Part shown: positions 28,463 through 38,235 of the stretch, one piece after another
Layout: the number at the start of each line of letters is the position of its first letter
How positions within the stretch are numbered: the first letter of the stretch is position 1
Assembly: GCA_040218735.1 (NCBI GenBank)
Contig: JAVJQW010000006.1
Coordinates: forward strand, 1 to 64,000
Direction: 5' to 3'
DNA length: 64,000 nt
Origin: Deltaproteobacteria bacterium
GTDB taxonomy: Bacteria; Myxococcota; Kuafuiibacteriia; Kuafuiibacteriales; Kuafuiibacteriaceae
Notes under the pieces: model-generated
Databases searched by the model: none
Told to the model about the DNA's origin: nothing
What the model saw: only the letters and a program-made list of their open reading frames with translations
Translations under genes and position numbers: made by a program

Positions 28463-28917
28463 GTTCCGTTCCTCGCTCGCGACCAGCGCAGCTCGTAACG
28501 ATGTGTCCCGGCGCGCCCTTCGACCTCGTAGCGCAAGACGAGTTGCGGGCCGTCGAACGCGGCGCGACGCTCGAGTGTCGTCCCGACCAGCGTCGGCACC
28601 AACGACATCTCGACGTGGTGCCGCACGAGGTCCCCGTCGATCGCGTAGGTCCCGGCGTAGCTCGTGTAGCCGTCGAACGCGCGCGCCTTGTCTTCGGCGG
28701 GCGCGCGGTGGACGCGCTCCAGCGTCGCCGCGGTGAAGTCACCGCGCGGCGCCTTGCTCAATACCGCAGAGACCCGCCCGTCCACGTAGAGCAAGCTGCC
28801 TTGCGCCGCCTCGCCGTACGGATGCACCGTGCGTCCGTCGGCGCGATGCACCACGAACGCGTCGAGGGTCCACGCGCCTTCGATTCGTGCCGGGTCCAAA
28901 GCGTCAGTACCAGCCAC
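28459..28917 (-). CDS. lipocalin-like domain protein
   Basis: GAWTL, HPYGEAAQGSLLY, YTSYAGTY, HHVEMSLVP; overlaps both neighbours. Confidence 0.8.
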   Translation of the reverse strand: MAGTDALDPARIEGAWTLDAFVVHRADGRTVHPYGEAAQGSLLYVDGRVSAVLSKAPRGDFTAATLERVHRAPAEDKARAFDGYTSYAGTYAIDGDLVRHHVEMSLVPTLVGTTLERRAAFDGPQLVLRYEVEGRAGTHRYELRWSRARNGT

Positions 28918-30388
28918 GGCCGCTCACGAACGTGGAGTGGAACCCGGCCGGGACCCGCGCCGGGAGCTTCACGCGCGCCAGCGGGCCGGCCGCGATGTCC
29001 TTCGCGTCGAAGACGAGGCATGCGCTGCTCCAGTCGGTGGCGTCGGTCGCGATGGTGACGAGGTAGCCGTCGTCCTCCTCCGTCGCGCCGTCCCTCGGCG
29101 CAAACGCGGCCTCGCTCCCGAACACGCCCGGCGCGTAGTCGTAGCGACCGTCGACGGCGCCGCGTTCGAGGTCGTAGCGCAGCAGGCCGTCGAAGGTCGC
29201 GGGGATCTCGAACGGGATGCGCGACAGGTACGCGTAGCGGTTCTTCGTCCCGAGGCGGCGCTCGTCGATCATCGGGAACTCTGCGTTCTCTTCGTCGAGC
29301 GGGCCCTCTTCGACGGCGCCGGTCTCGAGATCGAAGGACCAGCGATACAGATTCGCCTGGAGCTTCAGCCCGGAGAGCATCGCGGCGATCTTGCCGTCGC
29401 GCGGGTCGGGTTTCAGGGTCGGGTCCGTGGTGCGGCAGCCGATCATCACGACCTTGTCGCCGTCCTCCCAACAGTTGACGACGTGCAGCATGTAGCAGGG
29501 CTCGCACTCGAACCACCGCACGTCGGCGTCGCCGCCGAAGCGCGGGATGATGCCGTAGCGTGTGGGGACGTCCGGGTGGAACAGCGGGATGCGCTTGCCG
29601 GTCTTCGCGAACAGCTCGGGGTCGAAGAACACCGGGAAGTCGTGCAGCACGGAGTAGCGCGGCGTGATGCCGAGGTCGTGCGGGCGACGCGGGCCGGGGA
29701 GCGTGATGTCCGTGAGGTGCAGCGCGCCGTCCGTCTTCAGCACGCCGTACTGCATGTATGGCGCGGCGTTGCCGTAGTTGAAGAACACGAAGTCACCCGT
29801 CGCCGGGTCGACCTTCGAGTGCGCGCTGATCCGCTTCGGGAGCTTCGTCGCGCGGCCGGTCGCCTCCACGGTCTCGAGCGTCCGGGGGTCGAGCGTGTAC
29901 GCGCGCCCCGACTCGTACCAGAGCGCGACGACGCGATCGTCGAGGAAGAGCAGGTCCGTGTTGGCGGTGTCCTTGATCGGGCCGAGCGGTAGCGAGAAGT
30001 CGAACGGGCCGAGGACGCCCGGCCACACCGCTTCGTTCTTCTCCTGCTCGAGCTGCTTCCCCGCGGTGTCGACCCAGCGGCTCGCGTAGCGCGCGCGACC
30101 GTCCTCGAACCAGACCCCCTGCACGAGGCCGTCACCGTCGAACCAGTGGTAGCGGTTCGTCGGGGCGAAGCGGTTGTTGGGGCCGTTGCGGAAGTAGGCG
30201 CCGAAGAGGTCGCGCGGGAGCTCCCCCTCGATCGCGGGGGCGTCGTCCATGGTGGTCTTCGTCACCGGCGCGAACAGGCCGTGCAGGTACGGGTTGTCGA
30301 TCGCATCGATCCACGCCGGGGCGTCCGTGGGCCGCGCGCCCCCCGGGTTGAGGGCCTTGGCGTAGCGCTGCGTGATCTCCAGGGTCAT
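28904..30388 (-). CDS. carotenoid/lignostilbene cleavage dioxygenase family protein
   Basis: NPYLHGLFAP, GAYFRNGPN, HWFDGDG, SAHSKVDP, HDLGIT, MLHVVNCWE, EFPMID, GSEAAFAPR, PAGFHSTF. Confidence 0.92.
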   Translation of the reverse strand: MTLEITQRYAKALNPGGARPTDAPAWIDAIDNPYLHGLFAPVTKTTMDDAPAIEGELPRDLFGAYFRNGPNNRFAPTNRYHWFDGDGLVQGVWFEDGRARYASRWVDTAGKQLEQEKNEAVWPGVLGPFDFSLPLGPIKDTANTDLLFLDDRVVALWYESGRAYTLDPRTLETVEATGRATKLPKRISAHSKVDPATGDFVFFNYGNAAPYMQYGVLKTDGALHLTDITLPGPRRPHDLGITPRYSVLHDFPVFFDPELFAKTGKRIPLFHPDVPTRYGIIPRFGGDADVRWFECEPCYMLHVVNCWEDGDKVVMIGCRTTDPTLKPDPRDGKIAAMLSGLKLQANLYRWSFDLETGAVEEGPLDEENAEFPMIDERRLGTKNRYAYLSRIPFEIPATFDGLLRYDLERGAVDGRYDYAPGVFGSEAAFAPRDGATEEDDGYLVTIATDATDWSSACLVFDAKDIAAGPLARVKLPARVPAGFHSTFVSGRGWY

Positions 30389-30489
30389 CACCGTCCCGTC
30401 TACCAAGTTTTTCGGCCGGCGGCCCGAGTCGGGCGGCCCAACTTGGGCCGATCGCCCAGTCTCAGGCCCCCGAGACGCGTCCTCGGGCC

Positions 30490-30505
30490 TGGCACCGAAC
30501 CTGCT
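30490..30505 (+). promoter_or_regulatory. sigma54 (-24/-12) promoter TGGCACCGAACCTGCT
   Basis: TGGCAC with exact GG-N10-GC spacing, intergenic, 12 nt before ATG 30518. Confidence 0.55.
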
Positions 30506-30517
30506 CTGAGGCCCCGT

Positions 30518-31861
30518 ATGGTCCAGGCTCCCAAGCTCCAAACCCCGATCTCCATGGGCGGCACCGCCACCCTGTCCCGGCAGCGCGAGGGCTGGCTGTG
30601 GAACATCGCGAAGCGCGCGCTCCCCGAGGGCAGCAGTGACGCGGATGTCCTGCACTACATGCGGTTCCTCGCCGCGAAGAACGGGCTCGAGCTCGACGCC
30701 AACAACAACCTCGCCAACACCGCGGCCAACCGAGCCCGGATGAACAAGCCGATCCAGGTCGCGAAGTACGAGGCGCCGACCAAGGAGGCCTTCTCGAAGG
30801 GCGCGCGTTTGTACCCGGGCATGAGCGGTCCGGTGGTGACGGCGCTGAAGAAGCAGCTCCAGCAGGTCGACCCGAAGCTGAAGCTTCCGGAGGGGGACGT
30901 CTACGACGCCGCGACGAAGGACGCACTGCAAGCCGAGTTGCAGAAGCGGGGCGTGCGCGTACGCCGCGACGGGGCGGTGCGGTTCGATGCGACGTCGAAG
31001 ATCGCCTCAACGCCGACCGACACGGTGGAGCGGAAGACGACGCCCGCAGACAAGGCGCCGAAGGTCGAGGAGAAGCCGGCGAACCGCAACGCGACGATCA
31101 ACACGCTCGAGACCAACGCGGAGTTCGCGAAGCTCGACCCGCGCAAGCAGCGCCTCGTGCGGCGCTCGATGCAGAACGCACCCGAGGACGCGCAGAAACG
31201 CATCGCCGACGTCGCTTCGCAGCCGACGTTCGCGCGGCTGCAGACCGGCTACCAGCAGAAGGTCCTCGACCTCGCGAAGGCCGAAGACGCCGCGGCGAAC
31301 GCGCTCGCGGAGAAGATGGTGAAGTCCGACGAGTTCGTGCAGGCGGACGGCAACGTGAAGTCGCAGATCGCGGAGCTCCTCGAGCAGGACCCGCGCTTCG
31401 CGGCCGACGTGTCGAAGGTCTTGGACATCTCGAACGAGGACGTCGTCGAGGAGCGCGACGCGCAGCTGGAGGCGCTCGCGAAGCTCGCGATCGGGGGGCC
31501 GACCGCGGAGCGGGAGCCGAAGGACCTCGCCGAGCTGAAGAAGACGAAGCGGTGGGAGAAGCTGTCGCCCGCGTCGAGGAAGGACCTCGAAGCCCGCTTG
31601 CCGACGTACGAGGACCCGAAGGTCGCCGCGAAGCTCGCGGTGACGGACGGCTTCGACAAACTCTACGGCTCGGAGCGTGAGCAGGTGTTGTTCCTCGCCG
31701 ACGGCGCGAAGGCGCCGCTCGCTTCGGTGCTCGAGCAGCTGGTGGCGTCGAAGGCGTTCTTCGCCGCGTCGCCCATCGCGCGCACGAAGCTGCTCACGGA
31801 CCTGGAGAAGTCGCCGAAGGACGCGGCGGCGATCTGGAAGGCCTTCGTCGAGGGGCGGTAG
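30518..31861 (+). CDS. peptidoglycan-binding domain protein with helical repeats
   Basis: LYPGMSGPVVTALKKQL...GDVYDAATKDAL (PG_binding_1-like); strongly biased codon usage. Confidence 0.65.
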   Translation: MVQAPKLQTPISMGGTATLSRQREGWLWNIAKRALPEGSSDADVLHYMRFLAAKNGLELDANNNLANTAANRARMNKPIQVAKYEAPTKEAFSKGARLYPGMSGPVVTALKKQLQQVDPKLKLPEGDVYDAATKDALQAELQKRGVRVRRDGAVRFDATSKIASTPTDTVERKTTPADKAPKVEEKPANRNATINTLETNAEFAKLDPRKQRLVRRSMQNAPEDAQKRIADVASQPTFARLQTGYQQKVLDLAKAEDAAANALAEKMVKSDEFVQADGNVKSQIAELLEQDPRFAADVSKVLDISNEDVVEERDAQLEALAKLAIGGPTAEREPKDLAELKKTKRWEKLSPASRKDLEARLPTYEDPKVAAKLAVTDGFDKLYGSEREQVLFLADGAKAPLASVLEQLVASKAFFAASPIARTKLLTDLEKSPKDAAAIWKAFVEGR

Positions 31862-31864
31862 CCG

Positions 31865-34800
31865 ATGTCGATCACCAAGCTGAAGCAACGTTGGCAGCGG
31901 CTGGCGTCCGAGACGAAGAAGGTCGCGGAGCCGAAGAAGAAGGCGGAGACGAAGCCCACGAAGAAGCCCGAGGGCGACACCGTGGCGAAGGCGCCGACCG
32001 AGGAAGAGGCGGCGAAGAAACGCGCGACGGAGTCGGTGTCGCCGCCGTCGAAGGTGCCGCCCGAGGCGACGATCGATCCCGAGCGGAAGAGGAAGATCGA
32101 CGAACACCGCGACATGGAGGTGTGGCCGGCCGAGATGAAGCGGCGCGTGCCGGACCTCGACACGAACCGCGTCGTCGACACGCTGAAGGGGAAGTCACCG
32201 CTGGGTGAGCTGAGCGACGCCGAGAAGCAGTACTACCTCGACGGGGCGATCGACACGATGACCGACCTCGGTGATCGGGACAGACGGGCCACGAACTACA
32301 CGGCGATCCGGAAGCTGAGGGAGGCGGCCGAGAAGGACCCGTCGATCGCGGGCGCGGTGAGTGAAGCGTACGCGCGCCGCGCGGTTCGTATGCAGCGTGG
32401 GTTCGACAACGGGAAGCCGGCGTACCCCGACGAGCGGGCGCTGGCGGCGACCTTCGGGACCGAGGCGGTGCTCGCCGCCGGAAACACGGCGAACCGCGCG
32501 CGGCTGATCGAGCGGCTGGGGCCCGAGGACACGCAGCGGCTCGGACGCACGCTCGATCGCAAACCCACCGAGCCGACCGACGGCGGCGACATGATGCTGG
32601 GGGGGAGCTCGAACTACGCGGAGATCGATGTGGCCGAGACGCGGCTCCTCGCCGCGCAGGCGGCGAAGCTCGCGGTGGATCCGGCGCGGCTCGACGAGGA
32701 GGGGGCGCGCTTCGATCGTGTGCTGGCGACTTCGCAGGGGCAGGACCTCTTTCGTCACGACTTCTCGGCGGAGCAGAAGTACGTGCACGCCGGGCTCGTG
32801 TTGAGTCGGTCGGACTGGGACGCGGACCTGTTCACGAAGACGGAGTCGGCGTTCGACAACCCGGACGTCGCGCGCGCGCTCGCGGCGCCGCAGATGAAGG
32901 CGTACGTGACGCAGCGGGGAGACCGCCCGCAGCCCCTCGCCGGCGACAACCTGGAGAACACGGTCGGGTTTGCGTTCGGGATGAAACCCAAGGGGGGTGA
33001 AGGCACGAACTTCTACACCGACGCGACGAGCGCGAAGATCATCGCGCCGGTCGCGGAGCAAATCCGCGCGGTGGGTGGTGACCGGCCCGAGGTGACGGTG
33101 CTGCCCGTTCAGCTCACGTCGAAGGACACCGGCGCGGTGCAGCTGAAGTTGTTTCGCGTGCAGGACGCGAAGACCGGGGCGGATCGGTTCGTCGACAACC
33201 TCGGCCGCAAGTACGACTCGTTCGCGGACTGGAAGGCGAACAACAAACTCCCGCCGGGGACGATGACGTTCCCCCCGAACGGGCACCTCACGCCCGACGC
33301 GAAGACCGAGGTCGCGGCGACGCCCGCGGTCGTCGACACGCCGGGCGAGCACGTCACGCGCGCGCTGGACTGGGCGGCGCTGGTCGGCGGGACCGTGGCG
33401 GGTGGTGCGGTGATCGTCGGGAGCGGCGGGACGATGGCGCCCATCGTGATGGCGGGCGCGGCGGCGTGGGGGGCCTACCGGAACATCGATACCCTCGCGG
33501 ACCGCAGCCGGCACGGGCAGTCGATCGATCCGCTCGCGAGCCCCCAGGCGCGCGCGGAGTGGTTGGGCCTCACGGCGAACGTGCTCGGGTTCGCGTCGAT
33601 TCCGATGATCGGTGCGGCGTCGAGGTTCGCGCGACTCGCGCCGACGGTGTCGAGGATGAACACCGCGGCGAACGTCGCGGACGCCGCGACGGCGATCGAC
33701 ACCGCGACCCAGCTCGTGGACAACTGGGACGAACTGTCGGCCGACGAGCGCGCGATGGCGGCGCTGTCGATCGGGTACTGGGGTGCGAACGCGATGGGGC
33801 GCACGCGGCTCGTCGAGCGCACCGACGATCTGTACAGCGTGAACAGCCTGAAGAAGGGGCTCGAGACGGCGCGGTACGAGCTGGGGGCGCCGCTCGCTTC
33901 GCGCACGATGAAGTGGGCCGATATGACGCCCGCGCAGCGTCAGGCGGAGCTGAAGGCGATGTACCCGGACGCGAAGGAGCTGCAGCAGCTTACACCCGAG
34001 CAGCTCCGCGAAACGTTCGGTGATGGTCCGTACCATCCGAGCCTCGGCACGCTGGGGCACGTGCCGGGCTTCGCTTCGTACGTGCGGTCGAACCCGTCGA
34101 CGGCCAAGAAGATCTACGACGCGACGTCGATCGTGGACGTGTCGGACGTCGTGGATCTGAAGCGCCCCGACTTCGTGGCCGCGGCTCAGCGTGCGTCGCG
34201 GATCGTCCCGACGACGAGCAAGATCAAGATCGGGTCCTCCGACGCCGAGTACTACGTGGCGGTGGCGCCCGAATCGGCGACGTCGCGGGTCCCGGCGCTC
34301 CAGCTGAAGCCGCCGTGGTCCTTGGATCACAACGGGGCGATGATGAAGAAGGGGCTCGTCCTCGGGGAGGACGGGAAGATGAAGTGGGAGGCGTCGAACG
34401 AGACGCGCGCCTTCGTGCCGATTCGACCCGAGCAGCTCGTCGTCGATCCGAAGACGGGGCGGACGGTTCAGAACATGCGCGAGGTCGCGGTGTTCTCGGG
34501 GCACGGGAGCCCTTACGGGTTCGAGGGTGTCCCTACCGAGGACGCCGCGAAGACGATGGCGCAACAGATCTTGCGCTACGAGAAGCAGAACCCGAACGCG
34601 ACGCGGTTGAAGTACGTCGCGCTGATGTCGTGCTCGCAAGGCAACCGCAGGGGGCCGTTCTTCGGGGACACCAACGCGATGGACTTCGAGCGCACGCTCA
34701 ACCGCGAGCTCGCTGCGGCGGGGCGCGAGCCCGTGGGTGTCCTCGCGTCGGAGCGCCCCGGGCTCCTCTTGGCGAACACGCAGAACGTGTGGGTCGAGAC

Positions 34801-35038
34801 CACGTGGTCGAAGTACAACAAGAAGTGGGCTCGGGACGCGCGCTTCGTGCCGACGGAGGCGCAGATGTACCGGCTCTCTCCCCAGGAGAATCGTTACCTC
34901 CTCGTCGGCGGCGCGATCGGCGCGACCGTGGGGGGTGCAGGTACGCTGGGCGTTGGTCTGGGGACGTACGCCTACGTCCGGCACCAGCAGGAGCAGGCGG
35001 AGCAGCGTCGGCGGGAGCAGCGTCAGCGGATGCGTTGA
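31865..35038 (+). CDS. DUF4781-like domain protein with C-terminal clan-CD (C80/caspase-like) protease-like domain
   Basis: VTVLPV..LFRV..FVDNLGRKYDSFADWKANNKLPPG, hydrophobic hairpin, DRSRHGQSI; later FSGHGS and LMSCSQG; C-terminal TM segment. Confidence 0.7.
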   Translation: MSITKLKQRWQRLASETKKVAEPKKKAETKPTKKPEGDTVAKAPTEEEAAKKRATESVSPPSKVPPEATIDPERKRKIDEHRDMEVWPAEMKRRVPDLDTNRVVDTLKGKSPLGELSDAEKQYYLDGAIDTMTDLGDRDRRATNYTAIRKLREAAEKDPSIAGAVSEAYARRAVRMQRGFDNGKPAYPDERALAATFGTEAVLAAGNTANRARLIERLGPEDTQRLGRTLDRKPTEPTDGGDMMLGGSSNYAEIDVAETRLLAAQAAKLAVDPARLDEEGARFDRVLATSQGQDLFRHDFSAEQKYVHAGLVLSRSDWDADLFTKTESAFDNPDVARALAAPQMKAYVTQRGDRPQPLAGDNLENTVGFAFGMKPKGGEGTNFYTDATSAKIIAPVAEQIRAVGGDRPEVTVLPVQLTSKDTGAVQLKLFRVQDAKTGADRFVDNLGRKYDSFADWKANNKLPPGTMTFPPNGHLTPDAKTEVAATPAVVDTPGEHVTRALDWAALVGGTVAGGAVIVGSGGTMAPIVMAGAAAWGAYRNIDTLADRSRHGQSIDPLASPQARAEWLGLTANVLGFASIPMIGAASRFARLAPTVSRMNTAANVADAATAIDTATQLVDNWDELSADERAMAALSIGYWGANAMGRTRLVERTDDLYSVNSLKKGLETARYELGAPLASRTMKWADMTPAQRQAELKAMYPDAKELQQLTPEQLRETFGDGPYHPSLGTLGHVPGFASYVRSNPSTAKKIYDATSIVDVSDVVDLKRPDFVAAAQRASRIVPTTSKIKIGSSDAEYYVAVAPESATSRVPALQLKPPWSLDHNGAMMKKGLVLGEDGKMKWEASNETRAFVPIRPEQLVVDPKTGRTVQNMREVAVFSGHGSPYGFEGVPTEDAAKTMAQQILRYEKQNPNATRLKYVALMSCSQGNRRGPFFGDTNAMDFERTLNRELAAAGREPVGVLASERPGLLLANTQNVWVETTWSKYNKKWARDARFVPTEAQMYRLSPQENRYLLVGGAIGATVGGAGTLGVGLGTYAYVRHQQEQAEQRRREQRQRMR

Positions 35039-35096
35039 TCGATGCGCCTCGAAATGGCGGCGTTACACCTCGGGCTTCGCGGGCCTCTCACCCTTC

Positions 35097-35573
35097 ATGA
35101 AACGAAGTGTCCTCCTACCCGTCGCTGCGTTCGGCCTCTCCTTCGTCACCGCGTTACCGATGATCGCGGACGCCTATATCGGGCGCGCGGGGCAGGCGTG
35201 CCGGCCGATCGACGACACGCCGGACGTCACGCAGGCGGCGACCGGCTGGAGGAACCTCGGCTCGATCCAGCGCGTGATCATCTGCCCGATCGACTCGAAC
35301 GGGGCTTCGATCCAGTCCCTGTGGATGACGGTGCTGGACAACAATTCGAGCCAGGAGGTGTACGCCGCGGCGACGTGGCGGAGCTGGTCCGGCTACTCTG
35401 GCGGGTCGTCGTTCCTCAGCCCGGTGACTTCGGCGGGGTACACCGGCACGGGGTCGTGGTCCGTAAACCAGGTGCACGTCGACGTGCTGAACAACGCGTC
35501 GTACTCCGGGTACCGAATGCTGTACGTGTATCTGCAGCCGTACACCGCGTTCTACGGGATCGAGATCTTCTGA
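35097..35573 (+). CDS. hypothetical secreted protein
   Basis: Signal peptide MKRSVLLPVAAFGLS...ADA; GQAC...ICPI; beta-rich. Confidence 0.7.
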   Translation: MKRSVLLPVAAFGLSFVTALPMIADAYIGRAGQACRPIDDTPDVTQAATGWRNLGSIQRVIICPIDSNGASIQSLWMTVLDNNSSQEVYAAATWRSWSGYSGGSSFLSPVTSAGYTGTGSWSVNQVHVDVLNNASYSGYRMLYVYLQPYTAFYGIEIF

Positions 35574-36145
35574 TGCTCCTCCGATCGGTCCTGACGATCG
35601 TGGCGGCCACCGGTGCGGGGGCCCTCGCGGCGCTGGCCGTGGTGGAGCTGCGTGCGCCGACGACGCCGGCGCCGCGCGAGGTTCGCGTGACGGAGCGGGT
35701 CGAGGTGACCCACGATGTCGTGCGCGACGACCCGCGCGTTGGTCCGCTGATCGCGCGCAGTCGCGACGTGGAAGCTCGACTGGAGGCGCTCGAGAGCGCT
35801 CCCGCCGTCGAGGCGCGCGACGCCGTTCGACGGGAGGACGACGCAAGGAGCCACGCCGCCCGTGTGCGTCTGCAGGCGGACCACGAAGCGTCGCACGTGG
35901 ACGGGACGTGGGCGTCGGCGACGCGCTACGCGATCGAAGAGACGCTCGACGGCCGGACGAAGGCGAGGCTCGAGACCGTGGACTGTCGGAGCGACTCCTG
36001 CGCCGCTCGCGTGGCCTACGACTCGGAGGCCGACGCCCTCGACGACGCGATGGCGCTCGTCGTCGCCGACTACGGTGTGCCGTGCAACAAGCAGTTCTGG
36101 GTGGAGGGGCCGACGGTCGAGCTGTGGCTCTACGGGTGTGAGTGA
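35573..36145 (+). CDS. hypothetical membrane-anchored protein (D..WA...CR..C type)
   Basis: TGATG overlap; N-terminal TM segment, coiled coil, DGTWA...VDCRSDSC. Confidence 0.65.
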   Translation: MLLRSVLTIVAATGAGALAALAVVELRAPTTPAPREVRVTERVEVTHDVVRDDPRVGPLIARSRDVEARLEALESAPAVEARDAVRREDDARSHAARVRLQADHEASHVDGTWASATRYAIEETLDGRTKARLETVDCRSDSCAARVAYDSEADALDDAMALVVADYGVPCNKQFWVEGPTVELWLYGCE

Positions 36146-36187
36146 CGTCGCACACCCCCCTCGACACACGGCGCGTACACGTGTGGG

Positions 36188-37213
36188 GTGTCGCGCGTCG
36201 TGCGGGTGTGCCTCTTCCTCGTCGGTCTGTTGTTCGCGACGACCGCGAACGCCGAAGAGGTGCGCCGCGCGTGGGCCGGCGGATCGATGCGCGACGTCCC
36301 GCGCGAGGTGGAGGGCCCCGCCGCTTGGGTGCCGACCGCGACGATCACCGACTACGGGTACGACCGTCGACTGAAGGGGTGGCTCCCGGTTGATCTCGTG
36401 ACATGGCCGGTGCAACCGGCGATCGGTGATCGAAGCTACGCCGTGGGCGCGCGTGTCGAGGTGCTGCGGATGCGCTGCTTCGTCGACGAGCGGAGGCGTC
36501 GACGTGTTCGCTGCGAAGACGGTCGGACCCCGCCGCCGGTGCTGCTCGCGGAGCCGTTCGGCGCCGAACGCTCGGAGGTATTACCGCCGCTCCTGACGCA
36601 GTGCTACGACGTTCACGTCGTCGGCCCGACGCCGGCGGAGATCCGCAAGGCGACTTCGATCCTCTCGCGGGGGCGCACGCTGACAGAGGTGCCGTTCCTG
36701 AAGGGCGACCGATTCGTGCACATCGTCGTCTACCGCACCCACTGGGAGCGCGAGACGATCCGGCTGAAGAACAAGAAGCGCGAGGTCGACGTGCACGAAC
36801 GCGTCGAGGCCGTGCTGGTCGACCACGCGCCGCGGGTGAAGTCTGCAAAGGTCGGCCTCACCCGGATCGTTCCGCTCGCGGCAGGTGAGGTCGAGCCAGC
36901 GTTCGAGGCGCTCGTGCTTCGCCGCCAGTGGTTCCCGGGCCGCGAAGCGTACGTCGCGCGGCGACTGGAGCATGTCGACGTTCGCGGATTGCCGCCCACG
37001 GAGCGCGCGGTCGTCGAGTACGACCGGGTCGTCGAGCACCTCGCAATCGGCAACACCGCGCGCGCGGCAGCGGCTTTGTTGCGCTTGGAGTCGGGGCTCG
37101 ACGGGGTCTCTTCCGACGTTCGCGCGATGATCGACTCGCAGCTCCCTCGGATGCGCGCGATCGCTCGTGGCGAGCGGCTGCTCTACCACCCCTGCACCGG
37201 GAGGCCGTGGTGA
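36188..37213 (+). CDS. hypothetical secreted protein
   Basis: Signal peptide ending ANA; paralogue of the next gene. Confidence 0.6.
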   Translation: MSRVVRVCLFLVGLLFATTANAEEVRRAWAGGSMRDVPREVEGPAAWVPTATITDYGYDRRLKGWLPVDLVTWPVQPAIGDRSYAVGARVEVLRMRCFVDERRRRRVRCEDGRTPPPVLLAEPFGAERSEVLPPLLTQCYDVHVVGPTPAEIRKATSILSRGRTLTEVPFLKGDRFVHIVVYRTHWERETIRLKNKKREVDVHERVEAVLVDHAPRVKSAKVGLTRIVPLAAGEVEPAFEALVLRRQWFPGREAYVARRLEHVDVRGLPPTERAVVEYDRVVEHLAIGNTARAAAALLRLESGLDGVSSDVRAMIDSQLPRMRAIARGERLLYHPCTGRPW

Positions 37214-38235
37214 GGCGTGCGCTGTGGTTCTGTGTCGCGTCGTTCGCCTGTGCGACGCCCGTGACACCAGAGACGCCTCGGCCGCCGCAGGAGTCCGCGA
37301 CGCCGAGCGCCAACGAGCGCGACGCGTGGGTCGCCTCGATCGCCACGACGAACGAGCGGTTCTGGGTCGAGGAGAGGGCGGTGCTATTCGCGCGTACCGC
37401 GACCGCCGGTGCGTTCGACGTCGCGCCGCGAATCACGCCGGGGGTTCGCGTCGAGCTGCGTCTGGTGTCGTGTGAGCTCCCGCCCCCGGGGAAGCGTGCG
37501 GCCATTCGCTGTCGCGACGGTCTCAGCGAACGGCCGATCGCAAACGACGATCTGTTTGCGCCGTGGTTGAAGACGCTCGAGGGCTGCCATGATGTCCAGC
37601 GTACGCAGAGCGATGCCGCCACGCGGAAGGCCATCGCGCGCTCGATCGAGGCGAGCGGGCGCTCGGGGCTCGAGGTCGAAGGGGAGGGCGCCATCACGGT
37701 CGTGGAGGTCGTGCGGCCGATCCTCTCGCGGGAGCGTGCGAACGAATGCTCGGGTGTGAAACACCGCCCGTGTGATCCGGTCTCGAGCTGGCCTACCGAG
37801 AACGTCGGCTACTTCTACACGCGCTCCTACGAGCTCGTCGGGCCGCGCGGCGCGGGCCCCCTCGCTTATCCGTACGAGCTCACGAGCGCGATGATCGGCT
37901 TCCCGATCGCGGGCGCGCGGCGCGACGGTTGGTTCGTCCCCGACGCGGGGTTCGATCGCCCGAAGGCGTCGGGGCGCCTCGACCGCGTGCTTGCCTACGA
38001 ACCGCCCGACGACGACGCCCGGCTCGCCGCCGCGCTCTACGCAGCGTCGGTGGCCGTGGAGGAGGAGGACGACTGCGCAAGCCAACTTGCGCAGCGCTTC
38101 CTCGACGAGCTCGCGCGCCGCCCGATCGCGGAAGTGCACTTCGAGCTCCGCCGCCACGCGCTCATATCGCGCGACGCGATGAAGCTGATCGCGTCGGGGC
38201 TGCGCTCCGCGCGTCGACCGTGCCCGAAGGACTAA
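37210..38235 (+). CDS. hypothetical lipoprotein
   Basis: GTGA overlap; ASFAC lipobox; paralogue of the previous gene. Confidence 0.6.
   Translation: MRRALWFCVASFACATPVTPETPRPPQESATPSANERDAWVASIATTNERFWVEERAVLFARTATAGAFDVAPRITPGVRVELRLVSCELPPPGKRAAIRCRDGLSERPIANDDLFAPWLKTLEGCHDVQRTQSDAATRKAIARSIEASGRSGLEVEGEGAITVVEVVRPILSRERANECSGVKHRPCDPVSSWPTENVGYFYTRSYELVGPRGAGPLAYPYELTSAMIGFPIAGARRDGWFVPDAGFDRPKASGRLDRVLAYEPPDDDARLAAALYAASVAVEEEDDCASQLAQRFLDELARRPIAEVHFELRRHALISRDAMKLIASGLRSARRPCPKD

Noticed and set aside
32195-34984. Long antisense ORFs (e.g. 32195-34984, 22569-24725, 10368-12017, 12054-13706, 62033-63628)
   Set aside because: Arg/Val-rich shadow frames expected opposite high-GC3 genes; no recognisable motifs
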